Shown here: positions 1 to 10,440 of the stretch, piece by piece
Position numbering within the stretch: the stretch's first letter is position 1
How the letters are laid out: every line of letters begins with the position of its first letter
Origin: Acholeplasmatales bacterium DTU056
GTDB lineage: Bacteria; Bacillota_I; Bacilli_A; ML615J-28; CAG-698
Direction of reading: 5' to 3'
Assembly: GCA_001512985.1 (NCBI GenBank)
Contig: LFRX01000046.1
Location: 28,302 to 63,829, forward strand
Length of the DNA stretch: 35,528 nt
Position numbers and translations under genes: made by a program
Notes under the pieces: generated by a model
Told to the model about the DNA's origin: nothing
What the model saw: only the letters and a program-made list of their open reading frames with translations
Database searches by the model: none

Positions 1-328
1 CACGGGATGTAGATCCTCCAAAGAAAGAGTTAAGAATATCATCAAAGGCACTAAATGGTCCGAAATCCCCAAAGTCACCAAAGCCATTAAAACCAAAACC
101 GCCCATTGATGGACCTTCATGGCCAAATTGATCATATTGAGCACGCTTTTGTTCGTCGCTTAGTACCTCGTATGCTTCTTGAATTTCCTTAAACTTTTCT
201 TCCGCATTAGGTTCCTTGCTTACATCGGGATGATATTTCTTTGCTAATTGTCGATAAGCCTTTTTTATTTCATCCGCAGTAGCATTCCGCGAGACCCCTA
301 ACACTTCATAATAATCCCTTTTGGCCAT
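1..328 (-). CDS. dnaJ: Chaperone DnaJ, N-terminal part (gene runs off the window start)
   Basis: Minus-strand translation from ATG at 326-328 reads [58 protein letters not shown]... This is a J-domain with an HPD motif followed by a G/F-rich linker. It lies directly downstream of dnaK. It is not in the ORF track because it is truncated by the window edge. Confidence 0.9.
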   Translation of the reverse strand, partial: MAKRDYYEVLGVSRNATADEIKKAYRQLAKKYHPDVSKEPNAEEKFKEIQEAYEVLSDEQKRAQYDQFGHEGPSMGGFGFNGFGDFGDFGPFSAFDDILNSFFGGSTSR

Positions 329-349
329 AATATTCCTCTTTCATATTTC

Positions 350-2916
<2,567 letters not shown>

Positions 2917-2933
2917 TTATTAAAAATCCTCCT

Positions 2934-3971
2934 TTATACCATTGCCTTAATTAACTTTGCAATATATTCAAGTAATGGAATAACTTTTTGATATTCCATT
3001 CGTGTCGGTCCTACTACAGCAATTGCGCCGCGCTCATTTTCTCCATACTCATATGGAACACTAATAACTGTGCAATCTTTCATAGCTAAAACTTCATTGT
3101 CATCGCCGATTTTAACTGATATACCTTGTTTATTAACATCAACAGCTCGTAAAATCTCTTGATTTTCAATAGCTTTAACTAAAACTTTTATTTTTTCAAT
3201 ATCCTGAAACTCTGGTTGATTTAAAATATTAGTTTGACCAGCTAAGAAAAATTTATCTTTAACCATTTCAGCAAATGACCGAACCATTAATCCAACTAAT
3301 TTTTCGTAAGAGGATAATAAGTCACATATTTCGATATTTTGTAACTTCTCACGTAAAACATCATCGATTTCGCTAATCAATGTGTCATATAGTAAAGTAT
3401 TTAAAATAGAAATTACTCGTTCTACATCACTAATGCGAATGGCTGGAGGGACGGTAATTTTTTGACTTTCAACATATCCCTTATCAGTAACTAGTAATAT
3501 TACGCCTTGCCGTCCTTCAATCGGAACAAATTGCAATCGTTTTATCCGTGTATTATATGAAGAGACACCTAAAACAATAGTTGTATAATTTGTTAATTTA
3601 GTAACTAGCGCCATTGCTTCTTTAATAGCTTGTTCTTTGCTAAAAGCATTGCGACGAAAGATTTCATCAATGACCGGAAAAGACTTTTGAGGAGATTGCT
3701 TTAATTCTTGTAACAAATGACAAACATAGACGCGATATCCCTCCTCAGTAGGAACGCGTCCACTAGAAGTGTGAGGTTTATAGATTAATCCTAATTCTTC
3801 CAAATAGGCCATTTCATTGCGAATTGTGGCACTAGAAACATTTAAATGTTCAAATTGAGTAAGGGTCTTTGAACCTACAGGTTCAGTTGTTTCCACATAC
3901 TCTTCTACAATCGCTTTTAATATCTTTTTTTGGCGCTCAGTCAATTCAGGCTTCACTGACAAATTCACCAC
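2934..3971 (-). CDS. hrcA: Heat-inducible transcription repressor HrcA
   Basis: 345-aa ORF with an N-terminal winged-helix (LTERQKKILKAIVEEYVETTEPVGSKTL) and first position in the dnaK operon behind CIRCE sites. The start is ambiguous. GTG at 3969-3971 abuts the SD-like AAGGGG, so the in-frame TTG at 3960-3962 (8-nt spacing) may be the real start. Confidence 0.9.
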   Translation of the reverse strand: MVNLSVKPELTERQKKILKAIVEEYVETTEPVGSKTLTQFEHLNVSSATIRNEMAYLEELGLIYKPHTSSGRVPTEEGYRVYVCHLLQELKQSPQKSFPVIDEIFRRNAFSKEQAIKEAMALVTKLTNYTTIVLGVSSYNTRIKRLQFVPIEGRQGVILLVTDKGYVESQKITVPPAIRISDVERVISILNTLLYDTLISEIDDVLREKLQNIEICDLLSSYEKLVGLMVRSFAEMVKDKFFLAGQTNILNQPEFQDIEKIKVLVKAIENQEILRAVDVNKQGISVKIGDDNEVLAMKDCTVISVPYEYGENERGAIAVVGPTRMEYQKVIPLLEYIAKLIKAMV

Positions 3972-3974
3972 CCC

Positions 3975-4001
3975 TTAGCACTCGCACATCCTAAATGCTA
4001 A
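3975..4001. promoter_or_regulatory. CIRCE-like HrcA operator (promoter-proximal)
   Basis: The minus strand reads TTAGCATTT-N9-GAGTGCTAA against the consensus TTAGCACTC-N9-GAGTGCTAA. It lies between the -10 box and the hrcA start. Confidence 0.8.
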
Positions 4002-4004
4002 TTA

Positions 4005-4033
4005 ATTATAACACTTTTTTTTGGCACTGTCAA
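4005..4033 (-). promoter_or_regulatory. Sigma-A type promoter of the hrcA-grpE-dnaK-dnaJ operon
   Basis: The minus strand reads TTGACA (4028-4033), a 17-nt spacer, then TATAAT (4005-4010). Both hexamers match consensus perfectly. Confidence 0.75.
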
Positions 4034-4047
4034 TACATATGTGCTAA
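4021..4047. promoter_or_regulatory. Second, more degenerate CIRCE-like inverted repeat overlapping the -35 box
   Basis: The minus strand reads TTAGCACAT-N9-CAGTGCCAA, matching 7/9 in each half-site. It overlaps the TTGACA hexamer. Confidence 0.5.
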
Positions 4048-4094
4048 TATTATATGATTACCTAATAAAAATATACATCTTTTTTCCAGATTCA

Positions 4095-4124
4095 AAAAGA
4101 AAAAAGCTCAAAACTTGAGCTTTT
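4095..4124 (-). terminator. Rho-independent terminator after the fragmented adaptor-like gene
   Basis: Stem AGCTCAA (4105-4111) pairs with TTGAGCT (4115-4121), extended by A/T pairs. On the minus strand it is followed by TTTTTCTTTTT. Confidence 0.6.
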
Positions 4125-4868
4125 ACCAATCAAAAACACTATAATCACCTTCATATAAATCATCATTTATAATCTCAAAATATTCTAATCCAACTTTACC
4201 AATTTTAATTCTAGTATAAAAAATTTTATCTCCACGTAGCACTCTTACCAATTGACGATCAACAACACTAGTTTCCAATCAACTAAATGAATTTCAACTT
4301 CATTCCCTTCTACAATACCCATATTTAACTTAGAAAAGTCTTCAATTAGTAAACTTATTTCAATATTTTTACTAAGCGGCATGATATAGCGTAATTTTAA
4401 TGATATTTCTTGATTATTTTTTGGCAATAATTTTAGTATTATCATTAATAAAAAAATTATTGTTATTAAGCAAAGTTATTAGTTCTAAGTTTTCAAAATT
4501 ATATATATTTACTAAATAATACTCTTCTTCTTTAACAATTGAATATACCTTACCATATACATCTGAATAAATATCACTTTCTTTGCATAATGATTTGGTC
4601 GTATCTACTAAACTTCCTACTTTTACATTAGGAGATTTCACTTGATAAGTCATTATTTACTATTTTCATCAATCACTTTAAATTTAGCAGTTGTTTTAAT
4701 TCCATAACTTATATCACGTTTTAAAATTTCATATTTTCTAACAATTTGAACATTATCATCATTAACTGGATTATAATTTTCATTTTTACCCAATGTCAAA
4801 ACTAAAAATGCTACCAATGCAATCAACAAAACTCCTGTTAATGCATATATCCAAATAAATTTTTTCAT
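4123..4868 (-). pseudogene. Frame-broken periplasmic adaptor / membrane-fusion-protein (HlyD/YknX-like) gene, in four pieces
   Basis: The pieces are 4653-4868 (N-terminal TM anchor), 4414-4653, 4245-4445, and an unlisted open frame at 4123-4278 (ETSVVDRQLVRVLRGDKIFYTRIKIGKVGLEYFEIINDDLYEGDYSVFDW*). Read in order they follow MFP domain order. That order is TM, a lipoyl-like VKVGSLV segment, a beta-barrel (KNNQEISLKL), then the typical C-terminal V.IG....YFEI...L.EGD motif. The piece 2/3 break is at a 7-nt homopolymer (4450-4456). Confidence 0.5.
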
Positions 4869-4907
4869 AAACACTACCCCTATTATTAAAATTGATATGC
4901 AGTATTC

Positions 4908-4935
4908 TTCTTATCAAAAAATATTATGGTGTCAA
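4908..4935 (-). promoter_or_regulatory. Putative promoter of the adaptor-like gene
   Basis: The minus strand reads TTGACA (4930-4935), a 16-nt spacer, then TGaTAAGAA as an extended -10 (4908-4913). A GGGG SD lies 8 nt before the ATG at 4866-4868. Confidence 0.4.
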
Positions 4936-4970
4936 CTACTTTAAATATAATTTATCTTATAAATATATCC

Positions 4971-5008
4971 AAAAAAATGCATTTTAAGTTCTTGTACTTA
5001 AAATGCAT
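4971..5008 (-). terminator. Rho-independent terminator after the MBL hydrolase gene
   Basis: A perfect 13-bp stem (4977-4989 pairs with 4996-5008) with a 6-nt loop. A T-run follows on the minus strand. Confidence 0.75.
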
Positions 5009-5014
5009 ATATTT

Positions 5015-5632
5015 TTACTGAAAGTAATAATTATTTTTCTTTTCATCACCAATTGTTGTTTGCATACCATGCCCAGGATAAACAACAATGTCATCACGAA
5101 AAGTTTTTAAAAAATTTAGTGATTTTTGTAAAGTTGCAAAATCACCACTGTATAGGTCACTACGGCCGATATTTTCTTTAAATAATGTATCTCCAGTAAA
5201 CAAATATTTATCTATTAAATAACATACTGAGCAATTAGTATGACCTGGAGTGTAAAAAACAGTAAATGGCATATCATCAAAGATATATATTTTATCTAGA
5301 TGATTAATTGTTTGCAATCTTTCTTCATCAAAGATAAGTTCAATTTTTGTAGATAATAAGCGGGAATAGTTTTTACGAAAATCAGAAAGTTTTTCTATTG
5401 CATTTTGATGAAGAAAAATTTTGACTGAATATTTTTGGGCAAGTTCTTCTAAATGAAGAATATGATCGAAATGACCATGAGTTAAAAAAATCCCAACTAA
5501 TTGATGACTTTCCAACTCTTTTTGAATAATATCAACACTAACACACGGGTCGATTATTACTGCTTTATTTTGGTGTAAAATCAAATAACAATTTGCTTCA
5601 AAAGTATTAGATATTAATTGCTTAATTTTCAT
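5015..5632 (-). CDS. Metallo-beta-lactamase fold hydrolase (glyoxalase II / YqgX-like)
   Basis: Carries LTHGHFDHILH and TPGHT metal-ligand motifs. I moved the start to ATG 5630-5632, which has AAAGGA 8 nt upstream. The ORF-track GTG start at 5638 is less well spaced. Confidence 0.8.
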   Translation of the reverse strand: MKIKQLISNTFEANCYLILHQNKAVIIDPCVSVDIIQKELESHQLVGIFLTHGHFDHILHLEELAQKYSVKIFLHQNAIEKLSDFRKNYSRLLSTKIELIFDEERLQTINHLDKIYIFDDMPFTVFYTPGHTNCSVCYLIDKYLFTGDTLFKENIGRSDLYSGDFATLQKSLNFLKTFRDDIVVYPGHGMQTTIGDEKKNNYYFQ

Positions 5633-6560
5633 AACCACGGTCCTTTTCTATTTCTTTTTTGATGATATAATATCCTCCATACATCCCCGCATCATTTCCT
5701 AATGTTGCTAAACGAAACTGAGTATTTCGTACTGGAAAGAATGCTAATTTTTGAAATCTTTTGGCCAATTTATCAATTAAAAAATCACCAGCTTTAGATA
5801 CTCCACCACCAATTACAAATGCTTCTGGATTGATAGTACTGGCAATTTGACTTAAAGCAGTAGCTAGTTTTTCAACCATATCATCAACGATTTCAAGGGC
5901 TACCTCATCGCCTTTTTTGGCTTCATCAAAAATGGTCTTACTTGATAAATTTTCAAGTGTTAAGGATGTATTTCGTCCAGGAATTTTTTCTTGAGCAGTA
6001 ATAACTAAACCTGTAGCACTAGCATAACGCTCTACGCAATCATATAAACCACAGTTACATTTTCGTCGATTTCGAAAATCTACCCGAATATGACCAATTT
6101 CTCCGGCAGCACCAGTAACTCCTTCATGTAATTCATTATCTAAAATTACGCCACCACCTATTCCTGTTCCAATTGTAATAAACACAAAATTTTTAAATCC
6201 AATTCCGCCACCTAATTTATGTTCACCGATTGTTGCTAAATTGGCATCATTTGTAACCTTTATATAAATATCCCCATATTCTTCTCTAATTCGTTCTACG
6301 ACATCGAATGGTTCCCATCCTAAATTAGGGGCTTTTAATAATACTCCATTAACTACTGGTCCGGGAACTCCCATCCCAAGCCCGATTATTGTATCTTCGC
6401 CTAACATTTTGTTAATTTCTTCAAAAATTTCTGACATAATATATTTTCCATTTTCTTCTTTATTTGTTTTTATTGAACTATATTCTACTAGTTCTCCTTT
6501 AACAAATTTGCCTATTTTGATATTTGTTCCGCCAATATCGACTCCAAATATTGCTTCCAT
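5622..6560 (-). CDS. glcK: ROK-family glucokinase
   Basis: 312 aa with the ATP motif GVDIGGTNIK, ROK motifs VTNDANLATIGE and GTGIGGGVI, and the zinc motif CNCGLYDCVERYAS. Confidence 0.85.
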   Translation of the reverse strand: MEAIFGVDIGGTNIKIGKFVKGELVEYSSIKTNKEENGKYIMSEIFEEINKMLGEDTIIGLGMGVPGPVVNGVLLKAPNLGWEPFDVVERIREEYGDIYIKVTNDANLATIGEHKLGGGIGFKNFVFITIGTGIGGGVILDNELHEGVTGAAGEIGHIRVDFRNRRKCNCGLYDCVERYASATGLVITAQEKIPGRNTSLTLENLSSKTIFDEAKKGDEVALEIVDDMVEKLATALSQIASTINPEAFVIGGGVSKAGDFLIDKLAKRFQKLAFFPVRNTQFRLATLGNDAGMYGGYYIIKKEIEKDRGYEN

Positions 6561-6623
6561 AGCATACCTCCATTACACTATCAATTATACCATAATTTGC
6601 TTTATTTTTAAAACTTATAGTGA

Positions 6624-6866
6624 TTATTTAACAAAAGTATTATAATTTACAATTACAACTTCTCCGCCAATTTTTATTATTTGATTCCATGGAATTATCA
6701 CTTGATTCCCGCTTGAAAAGAAATTAATCATCCGGGTATATGGTTGCACAATAATCGAAATTATTTTTCCTGAACTTGCTTCAATTTCCATATCAGTAAT
6801 TTTTCCAAGTTTCGACCCATCAACTACATTTACCACATCTTTCGATTGTAAATCACCAAGTAACAT
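6624..6866 (-). CDS. YlmC/YmxH-family PRC-barrel (sporulation-associated) protein
   Basis: Reads MLLGDLQSKDVVNVVDGSKLGKITDMEIEASSGKIISIIV...IPWNQIIKIGGEVVIV, which is typical of YlmC/YmxH. The start was trimmed to ATG 6864-6866 (SD GGGGTGA). The longer track ORF runs through a terminator hairpin. Confidence 0.8.
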   Translation of the reverse strand: MLLGDLQSKDVVNVVDGSKLGKITDMEIEASSGKIISIIVQPYTRMINFFSSGNQVIIPWNQIIKIGGEVVIVNYNTFVK

Positions 6867-6910
6867 CACTTCACCCCATACATTATATGTCAATTTATGC
6901 AAATTTAGCA

Positions 6911-6944
6911 TAAAAAGAAAAACTGACTCCAAAGGAGTCAGTTT
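6911..6944 (-). terminator. Rho-independent terminator (rsfS operon end or leader attenuator)
   Basis: An 11-bp perfect stem (6920-6930 pairs with 6934-6944) with a 3-nt loop. On the minus strand it is followed by TTTCTTTTT. Confidence 0.7.
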
Positions 6945-7063
6945 GAGGTTTTAATTTGACTTTATCTAACCGAGATTTACCATTCCAAACGAATGCACTC
7001 AGCAGCCATAAAAGCCATCAAACCTCATTAATAGTATATTTAATTTACTTAATCTTTATACAT

Positions 7064-7408
7064 TTATTTTGCTAATTCGTCGAAATCATATTGAGGTAAA
7101 TCGGCCCACAATTTGTCAAGTGCATAACGATCACGTTCTTCATTTAAGAAAATATTAACTAAAACATCGTATAAGTCGACTAACAACCAAATTTCTCCTC
7201 GCTCACCTTCGACACCTTTAATTTTAAAATTTTTTTCTTGACTGTCTTTTTTTAAATGTTCAATTACAGCTCGAATTTGACGATGTGAGGTTGCTGTAGC
7301 ATTGATCACATAGTCAAATAATGGAGTAATCGAACGCGTATCGTATATTTTGATATCTTTTAGTTTAACATTAGCTAGTGTTTGCGCAATTTCCTTCAAA
7401 ACTTCCAT
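7064..7408 (-). CDS. rsfS: Ribosome silencing factor RsfS (iojap/YbeB family)
   Basis: 114 aa containing IWLLVDLYDVLVNIFLNEERDRYALDKLW. It lies directly after yqeK, as in Bacillus. Confidence 0.88.
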   Translation of the reverse strand: MEVLKEIAQTLANVKLKDIKIYDTRSITPLFDYVINATATSHRQIRAVIEHLKKDSQEKNFKIKGVEGERGEIWLLVDLYDVLVNIFLNEERDRYALDKLWADLPQYDFDELAK

Positions 7409-7426
7409 TAACGTTAATCTTCCTCC

Positions 7427-7987
7427 TTATAAATATTGTTTATATTTTTCATATGCTTTAATTGTTTCTTGATGAGGATTTGGAATATTTGTTACTAAAT
7501 ATTCTAATTTTTTAGCAACGGCTTTGGAAAAATTTTTCTTAGCGATTTCCCGTACTTCAATACAAATATCATAAGTTCTATCATCTGATATAAAATCTGC
7601 TAAGAACAATACTTCATCTAATAGACTCATATTAGAATGTCCAATTGGATGATAAGTTATTGCTTGAAATATTTCTTCATCTTCAAAATCTAATTCCTCT
7701 TTAATAATATAAGGTCCGAATAAGGCATGTAATATGCTAAATGGTTGTTGCAAAATTGATTCATCTAAATTATACTTTTGAACAATCTCTCTAAATCTTT
7801 CGAAAATTTCTTCCTTTGCATAATCATGCAACAATCCAGCAACATATGCTTTTTGCAAATTTACTTCTAAGTCATGTTGAATGATTAATTCTTGGGTTTT
7901 TTTAGCTACGTTTAATGTATGAATTAGTCTATTTTCATTTGTAAATTTACTTTTAACTTTGGAAATTATATTTTTTACGTCTATCAT
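7427..7987 (-). CDS. yqeK: HD-domain protein YqeK (bis(5'-nucleosyl)-tetraphosphatase family)
   Basis: 186 aa with an HD motif (RLIHTLNV..., GLLHDYAK), in the yqeH-yqeK-rsfS context. Confidence 0.85.
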   Translation of the reverse strand: MIDVKNIISKVKSKFTNENRLIHTLNVAKKTQELIIQHDLEVNLQKAYVAGLLHDYAKEEIFERFREIVQKYNLDESILQQPFSILHALFGPYIIKEELDFEDEEIFQAITYHPIGHSNMSLLDEVLFLADFISDDRTYDICIEVREIAKKNFSKAVAKKLEYLVTNIPNPHQETIKAYEKYKQYL

Positions 7988-9081
7988 ATCATCGCTTCCC
8001 TAGTATAAACATCTATATTTTCATAACAAATAACTTCAACTTCAATTTCACCATGTAAAGTTACAAATCCCAATCCCGCAAAAACCACATCTTGTTTTTG
8101 ATCTAAATTATTTTTAACTAAATATTTCATTTTCTTTCCTAACAATTTTTGTTCTAAAATAGTAGGTAATTTTAACACATTTTTCTTAAGTGAAGCATAT
8201 TTTGCTTGGGCATACTCTAATTTAGTCCGATGGATATTTAAATTATTTTCTATATATAAGATAAAAGATGTTTTGTTTCCTTTAATAAAATTTAATTGTA
8301 CAAAATCGTCAATAAATAAAGTTTGTCCAGGATTAAGTTGATATACTCGCGGCTTTATTGGTTTCTTAGGAGTAATCTTATCAAAAGTTTTTTTATCTAA
8401 ATAATTTACAAAACTATTTCCTCGGACCACTCCTGGAGTATCGATAATTGTCTTTTCATAAAAAGATAATCTAATTTCATCAAGAGTGGTTTGCATATAG
8501 TTGCTAGTAGTAATTTCATAAAAATCTTTATTATTTAGTTTAAATAATTGATTTAAAATACTGCTTTTTCCAACATTTGTTGCCCCGATGAAATATATTT
8601 GTTTTGGTAAATCTTGGCGTAATAATATTTCTTGTAAAGTTAAACTATCTTCTTTATGATATATTGAATAAATCAAAATATCAATATAAGAATAATTTAA
8701 CTTAGAAAAATACTTTTGTAAATAACTATATAGTTTGTCTTTAGAAATAATATGAGATAACAAGTCATATTTATTCGCAATAATTAACAATGGAACATTG
8801 TGTAAATATTGTTCTTCTTGAAAAATTAGAGAATGATCTAAATCAAACAAATCGACAACTAAAACATATAAACTTTTTTTTACGTTTTCTTTTGTAAATA
8901 TTTTACGATAGTCAAAATCAAAAGTTGCTATTTGTTTGTCATCATTATAATGTCTAGTACGAAAACATCTCATACATAGTGGAACTTCACGTTGTTCATA
9001 TACTTCTTTAGTAATATATCCTGGCAAATCTGGATTTTCAAATTGAAAAATAGAGCCACAACCAACACATTTATTTTTCAT
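7984..9081 (-). CDS. yqeH: Ribosome biogenesis GTPase YqeH
   Basis: 365 aa with an N-terminal zinc finger (CVGCGS...CMRC). It carries circularly permuted GTPase motifs NKYDLL, GATNVGKSS and DTPG. Confidence 0.88.
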   Translation of the reverse strand: MKNKCVGCGSIFQFENPDLPGYITKEVYEQREVPLCMRCFRTRHYNDDKQIATFDFDYRKIFTKENVKKSLYVLVVDLFDLDHSLIFQEEQYLHNVPLLIIANKYDLLSHIISKDKLYSYLQKYFSKLNYSYIDILIYSIYHKEDSLTLQEILLRQDLPKQIYFIGATNVGKSSILNQLFKLNNKDFYEITTSNYMQTTLDEIRLSFYEKTIIDTPGVVRGNSFVNYLDKKTFDKITPKKPIKPRVYQLNPGQTLFIDDFVQLNFIKGNKTSFILYIENNLNIHRTKLEYAQAKYASLKKNVLKLPTILEQKLLGKKMKYLVKNNLDQKQDVVFAGLGFVTLHGEIEVEVICYENIDVYTREAMI

Positions 9082-9643
9082 TTAAACCACCAATCGCAAC
9101 GATTTTTTGATACGTCACTGGATCATATTTATATAATCTTTTTATTATTTTTCTTTCGAAAAATCGGTTTATTCTTGTATACCATTTTTCACTAGATTTT
9201 TCAATTGATTTTACCAAGATAACATCGATTCCAAAATTGCGTGCACCTAAACAATCAGTCATTAATTGATCACCAATTAAAACTATTTGGTCTTTAGTGA
9301 TATTATGGTATGATTTTAAAACTTTACGGAAGGCTTTTTTAAAAGGTTTTCTAGCGTTAGCAAAGTAATCAAGACGATATCCGTCTAAAGCGGTTTGTAA
9401 TCGGCTAGTTGTATTATTTGAAATTAATACAACGGCAAACCCTCTTTGCTGGAGATTAAAAAATAAATCTATTGTTTCTTTGGAAAGTTTATCTTCACGA
9501 TAAGAAATTAAGGTATTATCTAAATCAAATAGTAATAATCTTTTTCCTTGCTCATATAGTTTATTGTAATCAATCTCAAAAACAGTCTTATAACAATCAG
9601 TTGGAATATAACTTTGTAAATCAAACATCTTTATTACGATCAT
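9071..9643 (-). CDS. yqeG: HAD-IIIA phosphatase YqeG
   Basis: 190 aa with HAD motifs FDLDNTL, LISNN and GDQLMTD. GGAGG lies 7 nt before the ATG. Confidence 0.85.
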   Translation of the reverse strand: MIVIKMFDLQSYIPTDCYKTVFEIDYNKLYEQGKRLLLFDLDNTLISYREDKLSKETIDLFFNLQQRGFAVVLISNNTTSRLQTALDGYRLDYFANARKPFKKAFRKVLKSYHNITKDQIVLIGDQLMTDCLGARNFGIDVILVKSIEKSSEKWYTRINRFFERKIIKRLYKYDPVTYQKIVAIGGLNEK

Positions 9644-9665
9644 TTCTAATCCTCCATTATATCTT

Positions 9666-9695
9666 ATTATACTAAAAATTTTGCTAAATGTCTAA
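9666..9695 (-). promoter_or_regulatory. Putative sigma-A promoter of the yqeG operon
   Basis: The minus strand reads TTAGAC (9690-9695), an 18-nt spacer, then TATAAT (9666-9671). It sits in the 69-bp divergent region shared with sigK. Confidence 0.4.
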
Positions 9696-9712
9696 ACAAA
9701 AAGGAGAGAAAA

Positions 9713-10384
9713 ATGTTAAATTTATTATCTTTATTGATATTACCTTTATTGGGAACTATTTCTTCACAAAGTTTCCCAGAAGTCTTAAGTCGTGAAGAAG
9801 AGGAAAAATATTTAAAACTATGGCAAGAAGGCTCTGAAGATGCTCGTAATAAACTCATTGAGCATAATCTTCGTTTAGTAGCACATATAGTAAAAAAATT
9901 TGAAAATACAAAAGAAGATAAAAATGATTTATTATCTGTAGGAGCTTTTGGCTTAATTAAAGCAGTTGATACTTTTAACTTTGATTCAAACACCAAACTT
10001 TCGACGTATGCAGCAAGGTGTATAGAAAATGAAATTTTAATGTATCTGCGAAGCACCAAACGAAAACGCCAAACATCCTGGTTATATGCAACAATTGGCC
10101 AGGATAAAGATGGCAATGAAATTACACTAAGCGATGTAATTGAAGACCCTCAAACATCAATGCTTGATAAATTATTAAGCGAAGAAAATAAAAAGAAATT
10201 GCAAGAAGCTTTAAAAGTTTTAACTGAGCGAGAATATCATATTATTTCACGACGATATGGACTGGATACAGGGGTTGTAGAAACACAACGTGAGATTGCT
10301 AAATCGTTAAAAATTTCGCGTTCCTATGTTTCAAGAATTGAAAAACGTGCTTTGACAAAATTATACCTTGAAATGATGAAATAA
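9713..10384 (+). CDS. sigK: Sporulation sigma factor, pro-sigma-K (uninterrupted)
   Basis: 223 aa. After a hydrophobic leader (MLNLLSLLILPLLGTISSQ) the sequence tracks B. subtilis SigK closely. Matching blocks are SFPEVLSREEEEKYL, ARNKLIEHNLRLVAHIVKKFENT, LSTYAARCIENEILMYLR, GQDKDGNEITL and TQREIAKSLKISRSYVSRIEKRAL. A GGAGAG SD precedes the ATG. Confidence 0.9.
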   Translation: MLNLLSLLILPLLGTISSQSFPEVLSREEEEKYLKLWQEGSEDARNKLIEHNLRLVAHIVKKFENTKEDKNDLLSVGAFGLIKAVDTFNFDSNTKLSTYAARCIENEILMYLRSTKRKRQTSWLYATIGQDKDGNEITLSDVIEDPQTSMLDKLLSEENKKKLQEALKVLTEREYHIISRRYGLDTGVVETQREIAKSLKISRSYVSRIEKRALTKLYLEMMK

Positions 10385-10395
10385 AATCATCCATT

Positions 10396-10439
10396 AAAAA
10401 AGCATCTTTATAGTGTACCGCACTATAGAGATGCTTTTT
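10396..10439. terminator. Bidirectional terminator between convergent sigK and asnA
   Basis: A stem of about 19 bp (10396-10415 pairs with 10421-10439) with one mismatch and a 5-nt loop. It has an A-run upstream and a T-run downstream. Confidence 0.75.
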
Positions 10440-10440
10440 A

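Noticed and set aside
9644-9712. Attempt to call a sigma-E or sigma-K dependent sporulation promoter upstream of sigK.
   Set aside because: I could not find a convincing match to either consensus (for example CATACA-T or CATA---TA -10 elements at proper spacing) in the 69-bp region. Any call would be guesswork.
9667-10116. 149-aa minus-strand ORF opposite sigK.
   Set aside because: It is antisense to a protein that aligns almost residue-for-residue with SigK. It has no SD, and its composition (S/L/F/K-rich) is what the reverse frame of sigK would give.
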